Shown piece by piece: positions 43,486 to 54,135 of a stretch of DNA of 64,000 nucleotides (position 1 is the stretch's first letter; every line of letters begins with the position of its first letter). The DNA lies in the NCBI GenBank assembly GCA_963733195.1, contig CAVTCR010000062.1, forward strand, positions 160,001-224,000, written 5' to 3'. The notes under the pieces were generated by a model that did no database searches, had not been told where the DNA came from, and was given only the letters and a program-made list of their open reading frames with translations. Both the position numbers and the translations under genes were made by a program. The stretch comes from an uncultured delta proteobacterium. GTDB lineage: Bacteria > Desulfobacterota > Binatia > Bin18.

Positions 43486-43818
43486 CTCCAGTTTGCTCAG
43501 CAGATGGTCGATGGATTTATAATGTAACGCTGATGCCCCACATCGTCTGTGACATTCGTGCTATAAATGTTGGAATCCTGCGACAATCGTGCCGGGGGAC
43601 GTTTGGCGGACGGCGGACAGTTACCGGAGGGATACCTGGTGTCCCCTGGCACAGCCTGCCAGCGGCAGCAATTCTCATTTTGACCTATTAATCCTCGCCC
43701 CTGTACGAAAGTGTTCCTTAGACGATATCTTGATCGCCTCCCGGTCCGAGATCAGTCCGTTTTGTGGACTCTGTGTAGGTCACCCGATCTTTGTGCTATG
43801 GCTAATATTCCCATGTAT

Positions 43819-43888
43819 TTATTACGTCTGGCTACGGTTCAGTGGTAGATAAATCGTTTAGGGTATCGTTCAGATTTCGGTTCAGATT
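43819..43888 (-). promoter_or_regulatory. Conserved 70-bp promoter/operator, copy D
   Basis: Boxes at 43837, 43856, 43868, 43880; minus-strand CG-TAATAA at 12 bp. Confidence 0.8.
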
Positions 43889-44068
43889 CACAGACTCCGC
43901 CAGAGTGGTATCGTCGACTCAAACGGTCCAGAAAGCTCGTGACCGTCAACGCGGATCAAACTGAGGGAGATGCTTGGGTAAGCCTCTTTCCATCGACCCC
44001 GCTGTCTTGCATTTGCCTGCTTCTCTAATCGAAGGGCCGGTGATATCCCAACTGCCGCCGCATCATCG

Positions 44069-44598
44069 CTATGCAGCAGTCGCACTCTCGGCTTTCGTTT
44101 GCACGGTCTCCGACCGCCTAGCAGACCCACGTTGCTGAGCGAGTAGCACCACCGTGCTCCGCGGGCTGGCAATGTAATGATCGGACGGATCGATTTGGAC
44201 CTCCCGACCAGGCTCCGCGAAATCCTCACCGTTCGTTAGGCTCGTATCGATAGCGCGGTGCCAGCCGTGGCCAGACTCGAGTAGCGGCAGTTTCACCCAT
44301 TGTGACTCGAAGTGGGCGTTGAAAATGAAGAACAGGCGGTCAACGCCGAGATCGGATCCATCTTCACTAGCATCAAGCTGATAGCAAAGCGTCCGCACGT
44401 TCTCATCTTGCCACTTGGGACGATCCAGGTCCAGCGAAAACCAGGTGAGGTCCGGCACCTGATCATCAGGAAGACTTCAGTTGCATTCTTCGAGTAGATA
44501 GCGAAATTCACCCCCTCCGGAGTGAGGGTGGCCCCGAGCGGAAAGTGGGTGCCCTTCTCAACCGTCTTCGTAGTGCGATGTTTGAGTTCATACGGCAT
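44069..44598 (-). pseudogene. glgX: Glycogen debranching enzyme remnant (catalytic core deleted)
   Basis: N-terminus GTHFPLGATLTPEGVNFAIYSKNATEVFL joined to C-terminus PDLTWF...FIFNAH...WHRAIDTSL...PRSTVVL. Confidence 0.85.
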
Positions 44599-44856
44599 TT
44601 TATGCCCTCCTTCTTCCCGCCGGCACGAATCTCAGCCTGCGTAGCAGGCGGGTAGAATATAGCCCCGTGTGCAGCATCAGTAGAACACGGGGATGATGAC
44701 GGTCAATCATTCATCACAGCCCGCGGAGCGGGCGACAGACGATTTATGGCGGCAACGTTTAGTGCCATAGATTACCTCTCTGTGACGAGGTGTTTACTGG
44801 ACGATTACCTGTTAGCGAAAGGGCCTGGCGCTGTTGCCATAGTCTGGCTGAAGGGT

Positions 44857-44926
44857 AGAATACGTTTGCCTGTGGTTCAGGGACAGTCAAAGAGGTTAAA
44901 TTATCGTTCAGTTTTCTGTTCAGATT
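44857..44926 (-). promoter_or_regulatory. Conserved 70-bp promoter/operator, copy E (glgX; directly upstream of the divergent regulator)
   Basis: Boxes at 44875, (44894 degenerate), 44906, 44918; minus-strand CG-TATTCT at 12 bp. Confidence 0.78.
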
Positions 44927-44969
44927 TGTCACGAGGGATGTTGTTGAGAGGGGAAGAAAGGGAGTGGTC

Positions 44970-47900
44970 ATGGCATCAGGCCACGAGACATTAACCCAAC
45001 CAGCAGTGAGATCTGACCTCTACTTCGGCCCGTTTCGCTTAGAGGGCGCCAAACACCTGTGGCGGGGCGAGCATCTCGTAGAGATGCGGCCCCGGCCCCT
45101 GGCCGTGTTGCGCTACTTGGCCGGGCGGCCGGGCCAATTTATTAGCAGTGAGGAATTACTCAAACGCTTATGGCCGGGCATCTACGTGACCAAGACGGTA
45201 TTACGAGTCTGCGTGCATGAGATTCGACAAGCACTGGAGGAGGACCCGACCACTCCCCAGTTTATCGAGACGGTGGGCCGTCAAGGGTATCGGTTCATTG
45301 CCCCACTCGCCACTACCGCTCCTCCAGTTACCAGTTATCAGTTGGCAGTTGGCAGTTCGGACACAGCAGAAACGAAGCCCCCACAACTGGGCCTTGAGAA
45401 TTGGCAACTGGCCGACTCCCTTCGTCGGCCGTGCACAGGAACTGGCCAGGTTGCATGAGATGTTCGAACGCGCGCGGCATGGCGAGCGCCAGATCATGTT
45501 TCTCTCAGGCGAGTCCGGGATCGGGAAGACGGCATTGGTGGATTGCTTTCTCGACCAAGTGCGGAACCAGCGAGCCGTGCGGATTGGCCAGGGGCAATGT
45601 GTTGAACAGTATGGCTCTGGGGAAGCCTATTTACCGTTGTTGGAAGCGTTGGGACAGTTGTGTCGAGAGCCGGGTGGTGAGCAGGTGTTGGCCGTGCTGC
45701 ATCGCTATGCGCCGACGTGGCTGGCACAGATGCCTGGACTGCTCAAGGCCGGTGAACTGGAAGCAGTACAACGGCAAGGACAAGGCATCAACCGAGAGCG
45801 CATGCTGCGGGAGTTGGCCGAGGCTATTGAGGCTATAGCGGCTGACGCGGTGCTGGTGTTGGTCTTAGAAGACCTGCAATGGAGCGATCTCTCGACACTG
45901 GACGTCTTAGGGTATCTGGCGCAGCGGCGGCGGTCGGTGCAGTTGTACATCCTGGGCACGTATCGACCCGCAGACGTGGTGGCGGGTGGGCATCCATTGC
46001 GCCAGGTGGTGCAGGAACTGTACGGACGGAGGCAATGCGAGGAACTCGCGCTCGAACTCTTAAGCGAAGCGGAGGTGGAAGAGTATCTGCAGCAGCGCGC
46101 CGGTCGGCGGACCGCCATCGCTAAGCTCAGCCAGATGATTTATCGCCGAACGGATGGGAATGCGTTGTTCATGGTGAGTTTTGTGGACTATTTACTGCAG
46201 CACGGGCTGCTAACCGAAGACGAGGGTCAAGGCCAGCTACGGGCAGACCTCAGCGCCTTCAGGCGGCTCGTACCCACCAGCTTGCAGCGGATGATTCTAC
46301 GACAGATCGAGCACTTATCTGCGGACGAGCAACAGTTATTACACGTTGCGAGTGTGGGTGGGATGACGTTCACGGGAGCAGAGGTGGCGGGAGTGGTCGG
46401 AGGTCTACTAGAGGAAGTGGAAGACATGTGTGACCGTTTAGCCAGCAGGGAGCGGTTAATCGCAGTGGCCGGGCTTGCCGAGTGGCCGGACGGGACAGTG
46501 ACGGTGCAGTACCAGTTTCGCCACGCGCTCTATCAGCAAGTGTTATACGAGCAGATAGGACAAGCGCGGAGGGTGCGGCTCCACCAGCAATTTGGTGAGT
46601 GGAAAGAAGGGCGATATGGAGAGCGGACGGTAGAGATCGCCAGTGAATTAGCAGTCCATTTCACCGAAGGGCGGGAGTATCGCAGAGCGGTACAGTATCA
46701 CTACCAGGCGGCGAGAGATGGCGCTTCAGCGCAGTGCGTATTATGAAGCGAATGACCACTGCCAAAAGGGGTTAAAGCTGTTTGAACGGTTACCCGACAC
46801 ACTGGAGCACGTTCATTTGGAACTCGCCCTCCGCAAGCTGCTTAATACAGCGCTGGTCTCGACGCACGGCTATACAGCAGAAGAACTTGCTCAGAACCTC
46901 CGTCGAGCACAAGAGTTATGTCAGGAGACAGGGAATACAGTGGATCTTGTCCCTGTTTTGACTGGACTCGGTCGCCTGTATCAAGTGCGCGCTGCCCGCA
47001 TCGCAACAGAGGCAATCGCAGCGCAAGAATGCCGCCTTCTTGAGTCCGTTCACGACCCGCTGCTTGCCTTACAGTTGCACTCCCAACTTGCCAGCATCAA
47101 CGTGATGGGCGGGGCTCCGGTTCGTGCCCTAGCGCATCAGCAGCAAGCCCTCACTCTCTATGACGCCACGGCGCACCATGCGTTATTCCTGTCGTTTGGT
47201 ATAGATCCGATGGTGACTGTTTACGGCCTGGGGAGCTGGAGTGCATGGTTCGCTGGGTACCCCGAGCTCGCTCAGAGCTACCTGGAGAAGGGTTTGGCCC
47301 ACGCTGACTCTCTCTCTAATCTCTTCTCTAGGGTTCTGATCCGGGCAAACGGCGCGCAGCTATTCCTCTTCCGGCATGAACCTGATGCGGCGCTGTCATT
47401 GGCTCAACAGGGTTCTGCCTTAGCGCATGCACACGGGATCCCACAAGACGTCATCACAGGAAGTATCATGCAGAGTTGCATTGCGCTGCAACAAGGAGGG
47501 ACCGACAAAGAGATCGCAGCAATCAGTGAAGGACTTGAGCAGTATCGAATGACATGCGCTCAGCTTCACCTTCCCTTCTATCTTTCCGTCCTGGCCGAAG
47601 GGTATATGCAGCTGGGCAGACTTGAGGAAGGGCTGCAGGCCGTATGTGAAGCGCTACAGTTGTGCGAGGTACATTTTGATCGATACTGGGAAGCTGAGCT
47701 CTATCGGCTGAAAGGCGAGCTACTTCGTCTGAACGCGGAACGCAGAATGCAGAATGATGAACGGCAAAGCCAAGAACAAGGGACGAGCAGCATTCCCCAT
47801 TCCTCACTCATCATTTATCATTCATCGTTCTGCCGAGGCCGAAGCGTGTTTCCTCAAGGCCATCGAGATTGCTCGCACACAACAAGCAAAGTCACTAGAG

Positions 47901-48059
47901 CTGCGTGCGACGATGAGTCTCGCCCGTCTCTGGCAACGGCAAGGAAAGCACCGCCAAGCACACACTACGTTGTCTGCGATCTATGGCTGGTTCACGGAGG
48001 GTTTTGATACGAAAGACCTGCAGGAGGCGAAAGCGTTACTCGATGCCCTGCGAGAGTGA
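44970..48059 (+). CDS. OmpR-type winged-helix + STAND (AAA_16) ATPase + TPR regulator (3 frameshifts)
   Basis: FGPFRL...[13 protein letters not shown] (Trans_reg_C); [32 protein letters not shown]; [36 protein letters not shown]. Confidence 0.9.
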
Positions 48060-48327
48060 ACGGCTACGGCTTGGCCGCCGTGCGCGGCTTCAGACCCCCT
48101 CTCCCCAGTGAACAGACTTCCAGTCTGCGCATAGCCAGGATGGCTGCATCACTCACGGGTGGCACGGTCAGGAGACCGGCCACAGCGAGGGGGAGAGATC
48201 CTTGTCAAATCCCTACCTTGAGCACACCACTAATGATATGGTAGGTCTACGCAAGATCTGAATGCGTTGTATCCTCACTGTGTGTTCACTGTCAGGGGCC
48301 GGCCCCTCCTCGGGGGGCATCCCGCCA

Positions 48328-48472
48328 GTCATTCCCACGTAGCTTGTCCCAGGCACTCCAGGGACCTGTCCCAAGTTCTACTGGGAGCGGGAATCCAGTT
48401 TTCTGTTCCTGGATTCCGGGTCGCGGCCTGCGGCCCCCGTATCACGTACGGGGCAGGCTTGCGCGGAATGAC
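48328..48472. repeat. Composite GTCATTCCC...GGGAATCCAG REP pair with inserts
   Basis: GTCATTCCC...GCGGGAATCCAG then CTGGATTCC...GGAATGAC; same family as 9182-9256. Confidence 0.7.
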
Positions 48473-48564
48473 GGACTGCCACTTGTCCCAGGTTCTACCG
48501 GGACGAGTGTCCGACACAGGTCGAAGATGTTGTTTCTGAGCAGCAACAAGCGACGAAGCACTCT

Positions 48565-48759
48565 CTATGGCTTTTGCTGTTTCATCACCATCTGAACCAA
48601 GAATGCCACCAACTCCTCTAGCGACTCGAAGTGCTCGGCTTGGTGTGACACCAGATGCTCAACCCGCCCTTTGAATTGGCCCTGCTCGATCCGTGCCTCA
48701 GCATGGATCTGCACAACAAAGGCTCTTCTGGCCGGCAAAGAAGGCTGATTTTTTGCCAT
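48565..48759 (-). CDS. Small conserved hypothetical protein
   Basis: MAKNQPSLPARRAFVVQI...GRVEHLVS...HFESLEELVAFL; has its own operator copy. Confidence 0.75.
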   Translation of the reverse strand: MAKNQPSLPARRAFVVQIHAEARIEQGQFKGRVEHLVSHQAEHFESLEELVAFLVQMVMKQQKP

Positions 48760-48814
48760 GGGATCTCTGTCCCTTCCATCAACCAACAGCAGGTGTGCGT
48801 CGAGTGCCATAAGT

Positions 48815-48884
48815 ACAGTAATATTTGCCGCGGTTCAGAGATAGGTATACGGGCCAGTCTATCGTTCAGCTTTTCGTTCAGTTT
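48815..48884 (-). promoter_or_regulatory. Conserved 70-bp promoter/operator, copy F
   Basis: Boxes at 48833, (48852 GGCCAG), 48864, 48876; minus-strand TACTGT at 12 bp. Confidence 0.72.
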
Positions 48885-48907
48885 GTCCTCAGAGAGAAGT
48901 AAATAAT

Positions 48908-48965
48908 ATGAACAGAAAACTGAACTATACGCGTCTATTCATAAACCGTTCCGTCACGTAAGAAT
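48908..48965 (+). promoter_or_regulatory. Inverted variant of the operator, copy G (rightward operon 49453-57272)
   Basis: ATGAAC (48908), CTGAAC (48920), ATAAAC (48941), then 12 bp ending CG-TAAGAA. Confidence 0.55.
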
Positions 48966-49155
48966 CTTCCTTTATGTTAAGAGTTCGCTTCCAATAAGAG
49001 ATCGAGATCACCACAAGGGGGGATGAGTGGTGAATGCGCCGCCGGGGTATTAACAAGGTAAGACGGAGATAGAGAGGGGTTGGGCTCTGTCTCATTATTT
49101 ATTAGGACCGTGAGACAAAACCCTAACCGCACAGAGGAGCAAAGCAAGCGATGCT

Positions 49156-49384
49156 GTCATTGCGAGGAGTGGTACGCGACGAAGCAATCTCTGTTTTCGG
49201 GCAAAGATTGCTTCGCTCCGCTGCTCAGAAACAAATCTTCAATCCTCCGTCCCAGGCTCTGCCTGGAACGGCAGTAGTCAGGAGACTCCGTCTCATTCCG
49301 TCCCCAGGCAGAGCCTGGGGACGAGCATGTGTCCCGTTTTTACTTGAAAGCTTAGCGTCAGCGCTATGGACAACTCGCAATGAC
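49156..49384. repeat. Nested REP elements
   Basis: GTCATTGCGAG...GAAGCAATC/GATTGCTTC...CTCGCAATGAC enclosing a CCCAGGCTCTGCCTGG / CCAGGCAGAGCCTGGG pair. Confidence 0.75.
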
Positions 49385-49452
49385 GCCTTGGCTTTATGCC
49401 AGGCTGTAGAAGTTTTGTCCCATAGTCCTTATATAGATAACCAGAAGAAACG

Positions 49453-50413
49453 ATGAGGAGGAGGAAGCGTATGTATGCATGGCTAGTGTTTGTTCTCAGT
49501 GTGCTCTGTTTGGGGGGGATGCCCACGGCAAGCAGCGCGCAGGCGCGGAGTGGGAGTATGTTCGACGTGATGGGGGAATCGCTGACCGGCGACGTCTATG
49601 CTGAGTCCGCAGGGTGGCGGGAGTTGTCGCTCGGCAGCCTGTTCTCAGAGGGGTGGAACGAGCCCTGGGCAAGTCCGCCGGCTGGTGAGGGAGGCGCGCC
49701 GCGGCAGGGCTGGCTCAATGCGTACGACGGCGTGTTCTATCGCCTGGGCATCGCGACGTTTAACTTCGCCGACGACTTCAATCAGAACGGCAAGCAGTAC
49801 GCGGGGGGGCTGACGTTCTACACGCCGTTCAACCGGCGGTTCGAGTTACGAACAGACATCCCGTCGGTTGTTTCCAATAAGGGAACAGGCACCAACTACG
49901 AAGTCTCCTTCGGCGATTTGCAGTTCACGCCCCGTCTGTTGCTCTCGGAGACGCGCAATTTCACCCAGTCCTTCAATGTGACGTTGCGGGTCCCGACCGG
50001 CAAAGTCGATAACGGGACCGGGGTGGCCGCCGTGACCCCGGATTACGAGTTTTGGGCCAACGTGTGGCGCGGCTTGGTGCTGCGCGGTGGGGTAGGCGTC
50101 TTTGTTCCCTATGGGGGCCAGTCTCGCAACGAGGTTGGGGCTCGCACGACGTTCATAAGTAACCTCGCGGCGGGCTATTACTTTACCCAGCACGATCGCA
50201 TCCCGTTCGGAGATCTAGTTGGATACGTGTCGAGCCAACCTCTCCCAACTGACGGAGGGCCCTGGCTCGAAGACGACGACCGTCACTCTCACCCCCGGGT
50301 TCCGCACGCACTTGGGGGCGGATTGGTATTTATTGGGTGGCGTCGACATCCCGGTGACCGACCCAGAGCCGTTCAACTATCAACTACTCACCGGGATAAT
50401 GAAAGTATTCTAG
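49453..50413 (+). CDS. Putative outer-membrane beta-barrel protein (frameshift near 50230)
   Basis: Signal peptide, FGDLQFTPR, LRVPTG, alternating strands, terminal YQLLTGIMKVF. Confidence 0.65.
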
Positions 50414-50457
50414 GACGGCGTCAGCTGAGTGGCGACTCTTGAGGCCTCCCCTTTCAG

Positions 50458-50916
50458 GTGGGATGCGTGACACAAATATCCGTACCGGAAGAGACAACAC
50501 GTATCCGCTGGTGGTGGTACCTACCCGTCGCATTCTTGGTCGGTGTGGCCTGTCACCAGATTTGGCTCACTCGCAGTGCAGATCTCAATCCCTGGTCAGG
50601 GGGAGGCTTTGGCATGTTCTCGACGATGGACGCCTGGGGGAATCGCCGCCTGCAAGCGCTCGCCATACGGCCAGGCATCCGCCGAGAGGTGGAGATTCCT
50701 CCTGCGCTGGGGGAAATGACGCGCCGGGTCCGTGCGTTTCCCTCCGCAGCCAACCTGCGCGCGCTGGCGCTCGAGTTGAGCGGAGAGCCAACTCCTGACG
50801 CCGGCCCGCTTGAGGCGATAGAGATTCAGGTGTGGACCGTTGACTATGACCCTGTCACTTTGGCGCCCACTGGTTCCTTGCTCCGAGCACTCAGGGTTCC
50901 CATTGACGAGCCCTGA
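50458..50916 (+). CDS. Membrane-anchored hypothetical protein (PWSGGGFGMFST motif)
   Basis: One N-terminal TM helix, then a soluble domain; overlaps the next gene. Confidence 0.6.
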   Translation: MGCVTQISVPEETTRIRWWWYLPVAFLVGVACHQIWLTRSADLNPWSGGGFGMFSTMDAWGNRRLQALAIRPGIRREVEIPPALGEMTRRVRAFPSAANLRALALELSGEPTPDAGPLEAIEIQVWTVDYDPVTLAPTGSLLRALRVPIDEP

Positions 50917-51790
50917 GACCCCTACGCAAGTGCCGCGCAGGGCGTTTCGCTGGCCTGAGGAGAAGGTGGACGGAGTAGACCTGGCCTTGCGACTAACCCT
51001 GCTGACGCTGTTGCTCCGCCACATTGGAACAGGGGTGGTACGACCACTGATCCTCGGCCTCGCGGTCCTCGGGTTGCTGCTGCCCAGTTGGTTGCGCCGG
51101 CCTGAGTTATGGATCGCACTGACCGTTCTGACCGGGTTGCGGGTTGTGCTCGACTGGTCCCTAGCAGACAACCATGCGTATCTGCTGTGTTACTGGTGCT
51201 TCGCCGTCTCGCTGGCGCTGGTTTCACATGATGTTACTCGTTGTCTCTCGCTGAACGGCCGCCTGTTAATCGGTTGGGCCTTTGCCTTTGCCGTTATCTG
51301 GAAACTCTTTTTGTCCCCCGACTACCTCGACGGTCGTTTCTTTCGAGTGATGATGTTGACTGACGCTAGATTCGCAGATTTTACCCAGCTTGTTGGGGGC
51401 CTGAGTCCTGACCTGCTTGTGGACCTACGAGCGTTCGTGCAAGGGCAGCCACTAGAGGCGATTACGCCCCCGCAAGAGCCGGCCCGTTTCCTCTGGCTCG
51501 CGCAGGTGGCGACGGTCTGGACGGTCATGATTGAGGGTGCTGTCGCACTCGCTTTTTTGTGGCCAGTGGATCGGGGGCTCTCGCCATTCAGAGATGCGGC
51601 ATTGCTCTGCTTCTGTATTACTACGTATGCGATCGCAACGGTGGAGGGATTTGGCTGGCTGCTCCTAAGCATGGGCATTGCGCAATGCGAGCCGCAGCGA
51701 AACTGGACCAAACTTTGTTACCTCGCCACTTTTGGGGTGATCCTTGTGTACCGTGAAATCCCCTGGATGCAGTGGCTGGTTGAGCGTTAG
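50903..51790 (+). CDS. Multi-pass membrane protein, HTTM-like
   Basis: DNHAYL, FAFAVIWKL.SPDYLDG, WTVMIEG..ALAF, FGWLL. Confidence 0.55.
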   Translation: MTSPETPTQVPRRAFRWPEEKVDGVDLALRLTLLTLLLRHIGTGVVRPLILGLAVLGLLLPSWLRRPELWIALTVLTGLRVVLDWSLADNHAYLLCYWCFAVSLALVSHDVTRCLSLNGRLLIGWAFAFAVIWKLFLSPDYLDGRFFRVMMLTDARFADFTQLVGGLSPDLLVDLRAFVQGQPLEAITPPQEPARFLWLAQVATVWTVMIEGAVALAFLWPVDRGLSPFRDAALLCFCITTYAIATVEGFGWLLLSMGIAQCEPQRNWTKLCYLATFGVILVYREIPWMQWLVER

Positions 51791-51825
51791 CAAAACTTTG
51801 AATTTTAGCTCGTAGGGAGGAATCT

Positions 51826-53118
51826 ATGTCCTGTGTTTCCATACATCAAACGCTGCAACGGAATCGTGTGCACCACCTGTGGAGCAACGTCGCTCGCGTC
51901 GCTGCTGCAACCCTGCTGTGTTGCACTCCGTATGCGGCGTTTGCGAAGACCAAGTCGGACTTCGAGAAACCGCCAGTCCTGGAGGCGAAAGCCCTGGTAC
52001 CGAAAAAGCTGCTCACGGGGAAGGGTGTTCGCATAGAGAACAAGGTCCCTACGGATGGCGTGATGGGGACGTTCACCATTCACGCTGATGCGGACACCTA
52101 CCACGAAAATGCCGGAACGTACCAGGTTCGCGGTCGTGAATTGTTCACGATTCGCATGGGAGAGTTACCCGCGATCGTGAAGTTGGAAGAAACAAGCAAA
52201 ACGGGGACGTTTGTAAAGTCTGTAGCAGCAAACGCGGCCCGGCCGGTCAAGGCTGCCGGGCATATGATCATGAATCCAGTTGACACGGTCACGGGATTGC
52301 CCAGCGGCGTTGGGCGCTTATTCGAGCGGGTTGGGACTGGGGCTGAGCAACTGTGGGATGCGTCGGCAGACTCCGATCAGAGTGGCCTCAAGCAGGCAGG
52401 CGCAGCCACCAGAGATGCACTCGGCTACGAGCAAGAGCGGCGCGAGCTGGCAAAGAAGCTTGGGGTAGACCCGTATACCACAAATCCAGTACTCGCTCAG
52501 AAGCTCGACGAAATCGCGTGGGTGTCCTTTGCCGGTCGCCTTGGGGTCAGCGCAGCAATGGCTGTGGCCGTGCCGGGATCGATGATCATAACTGGCGTGA
52601 GGACCGTAGATAATCTCGTATGGGACACGCCGCGGGGGGATCTGATCGTGCGGGTCGAGACGAAGCTCAAGGAGATGAAGATCCCGGAGGCATCCAGCCG
52701 TGCGTTCATGCACAATCCCGCCATCCCACTGAGTTTGCAGGTCTCCATTGTTGAGAACCTCACCCGCCTGTCCGGGGCTTCAGGGCGCGCGCGCGTCATC
52801 GCGTTAGCGGGTGGTCTCGTTACAGAAAGTCAGACGCGATTTGTTGCCAGCGCGGTGCGCATGCTTGCCGACTACCACGAAGAGACGAAGCCGATCACGG
52901 CAATCGCAGCACCCGGGCCGATACTCGGCCGTGACCGCGACGGGACCCTCGTCGCTCCCGCACCGGTGGACTACATCTCATGGACCGAACGGGTCGCCTC
53001 GTTTGCTACCAGTCCTGACTTGAAGGCGGCACAGCGGACCGTCTTGCTCTCAGGGAAGATGTCGCCGCGCGCCAAGAAAGAGTTCGAGGCGCTCGGTTGG
53101 ACCGTACAGGAGTTCTAA
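51826..53118 (+). CDS. Exported conserved hypothetical protein
   Basis: 430 aa, signal peptide, RELAKKLGVDPYTTNPVL, PVDYISWTE. Confidence 0.7.
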   Translation: MSCVSIHQTLQRNRVHHLWSNVARVAAATLLCCTPYAAFAKTKSDFEKPPVLEAKALVPKKLLTGKGVRIENKVPTDGVMGTFTIHADADTYHENAGTYQVRGRELFTIRMGELPAIVKLEETSKTGTFVKSVAANAARPVKAAGHMIMNPVDTVTGLPSGVGRLFERVGTGAEQLWDASADSDQSGLKQAGAATRDALGYEQERRELAKKLGVDPYTTNPVLAQKLDEIAWVSFAGRLGVSAAMAVAVPGSMIITGVRTVDNLVWDTPRGDLIVRVETKLKEMKIPEASSRAFMHNPAIPLSLQVSIVENLTRLSGASGRARVIALAGGLVTESQTRFVASAVRMLADYHEETKPITAIAAPGPILGRDRDGTLVAPAPVDYISWTERVASFATSPDLKAAQRTVLLSGKMSPRAKKEFEALGWTVQEF

Positions 53119-53147
53119 ATCGAGATGCATGAGATTGGCGCATCTGC

Positions 53148-53220
53148 GTAGGGGCGAAGCATTCGACCGGGCTACATCAGCAAAGAGTCAGGAGCCCGGT
53201 TCTGAATGCTTTGCCCCTAT
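53148..53220. repeat. GTAG-type REP inverted pair
   Basis: GTAGGGGCGAAGCATTC ... GAATGCTTTGCCCCTA. Confidence 0.75.
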
Positions 53221-53259
53221 TGAGGAACGGTCATCCTTTGTCGAAGAAGGAGGGTCGTC

Positions 53260-54087
53260 ATGGAGATGAAACCAGTTCTGCTCAACGTCGCAAACACCCT
53301 CGCCCAAGTCGGGCTAAAGATCATTGCCGCGTTCGTGCTGTACTTAATCGGCCGGTGGTTGATTAACTTCGTTATCCGCCTGATGCAGCGCGGCCTTGAA
53401 AACCAGTATGTTGACCCAACCCTCCAGCGTTATCTCCGCTCAATCGTCTCTGTCCTGCTCAATGTTGCGCTGGCCCTTGCCATCCTCGGTTACTTTGGTG
53501 TGGAGACGACCTCGTTTGCTGCACTGTTCGCCGCGGTTGGCGTAGCGGTTGGTGTAGCCTGGAGTGGCTTGCTCGCGAACTTTGCGGCGGGGGTGCTCCT
53601 TGTGATCTTGCGGCCGTTCGAGGTTGGTAACACTATCAGCGCGGGTGGTGTAACTGGCACGGTCAAGGAGATCGGACTGTTCGCGACGATAATTGACACC
53701 GCCGACAACGTGCGAACGTACGTCGGCAACAACAAACTCTTTTCTGATAACATCCAGAACTTTTCGGCGAATCCCTACCGCCGAGTTGACCTTGTCGCGC
53801 AACTCGATCACCGCGTTGATCACCAGACGGTAATACAACTGTTAAAGAGCGGGCTCGGTGAGATTCCGCATGTCCTCTCTACCCCACCGCCGGAGGTCGA
53901 GATTCTCCAGTGCAACCCCACTGGCCCAGTGCTCGCCGTCCGTCCCTATTGCCATCCGGGTCATCACGGGCAGGTGTATTTTGCAACGAATCGGCTCATC
54001 AACGAAGCCTTGGAGAAGGCGGAGGAGTCTGTTACCGAGCAGCTTTCCGTTTCCCCTCATCAACCGCAGGGGCAGACGGTAGGCTAA
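53260..54087 (+). CDS. mscS: Small-conductance mechanosensitive channel
   Basis: GVETTSFAA, LANFAAGV...RPFEVG, GTVKEIGLFAT, NFS...RRVDL. Confidence 0.92.
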   Translation: MEMKPVLLNVANTLAQVGLKIIAAFVLYLIGRWLINFVIRLMQRGLENQYVDPTLQRYLRSIVSVLLNVALALAILGYFGVETTSFAALFAAVGVAVGVAWSGLLANFAAGVLLVILRPFEVGNTISAGGVTGTVKEIGLFATIIDTADNVRTYVGNNKLFSDNIQNFSANPYRRVDLVAQLDHRVDHQTVIQLLKSGLGEIPHVLSTPPPEVEILQCNPTGPVLAVRPYCHPGHHGQVYFATNRLINEALEKAEESVTEQLSVSPHQPQGQTVG

Positions 54088-54135
54088 ATCAGACCACATG
54101 ACATTCGTACACTTTACACTACGATCCCTCGGGCG

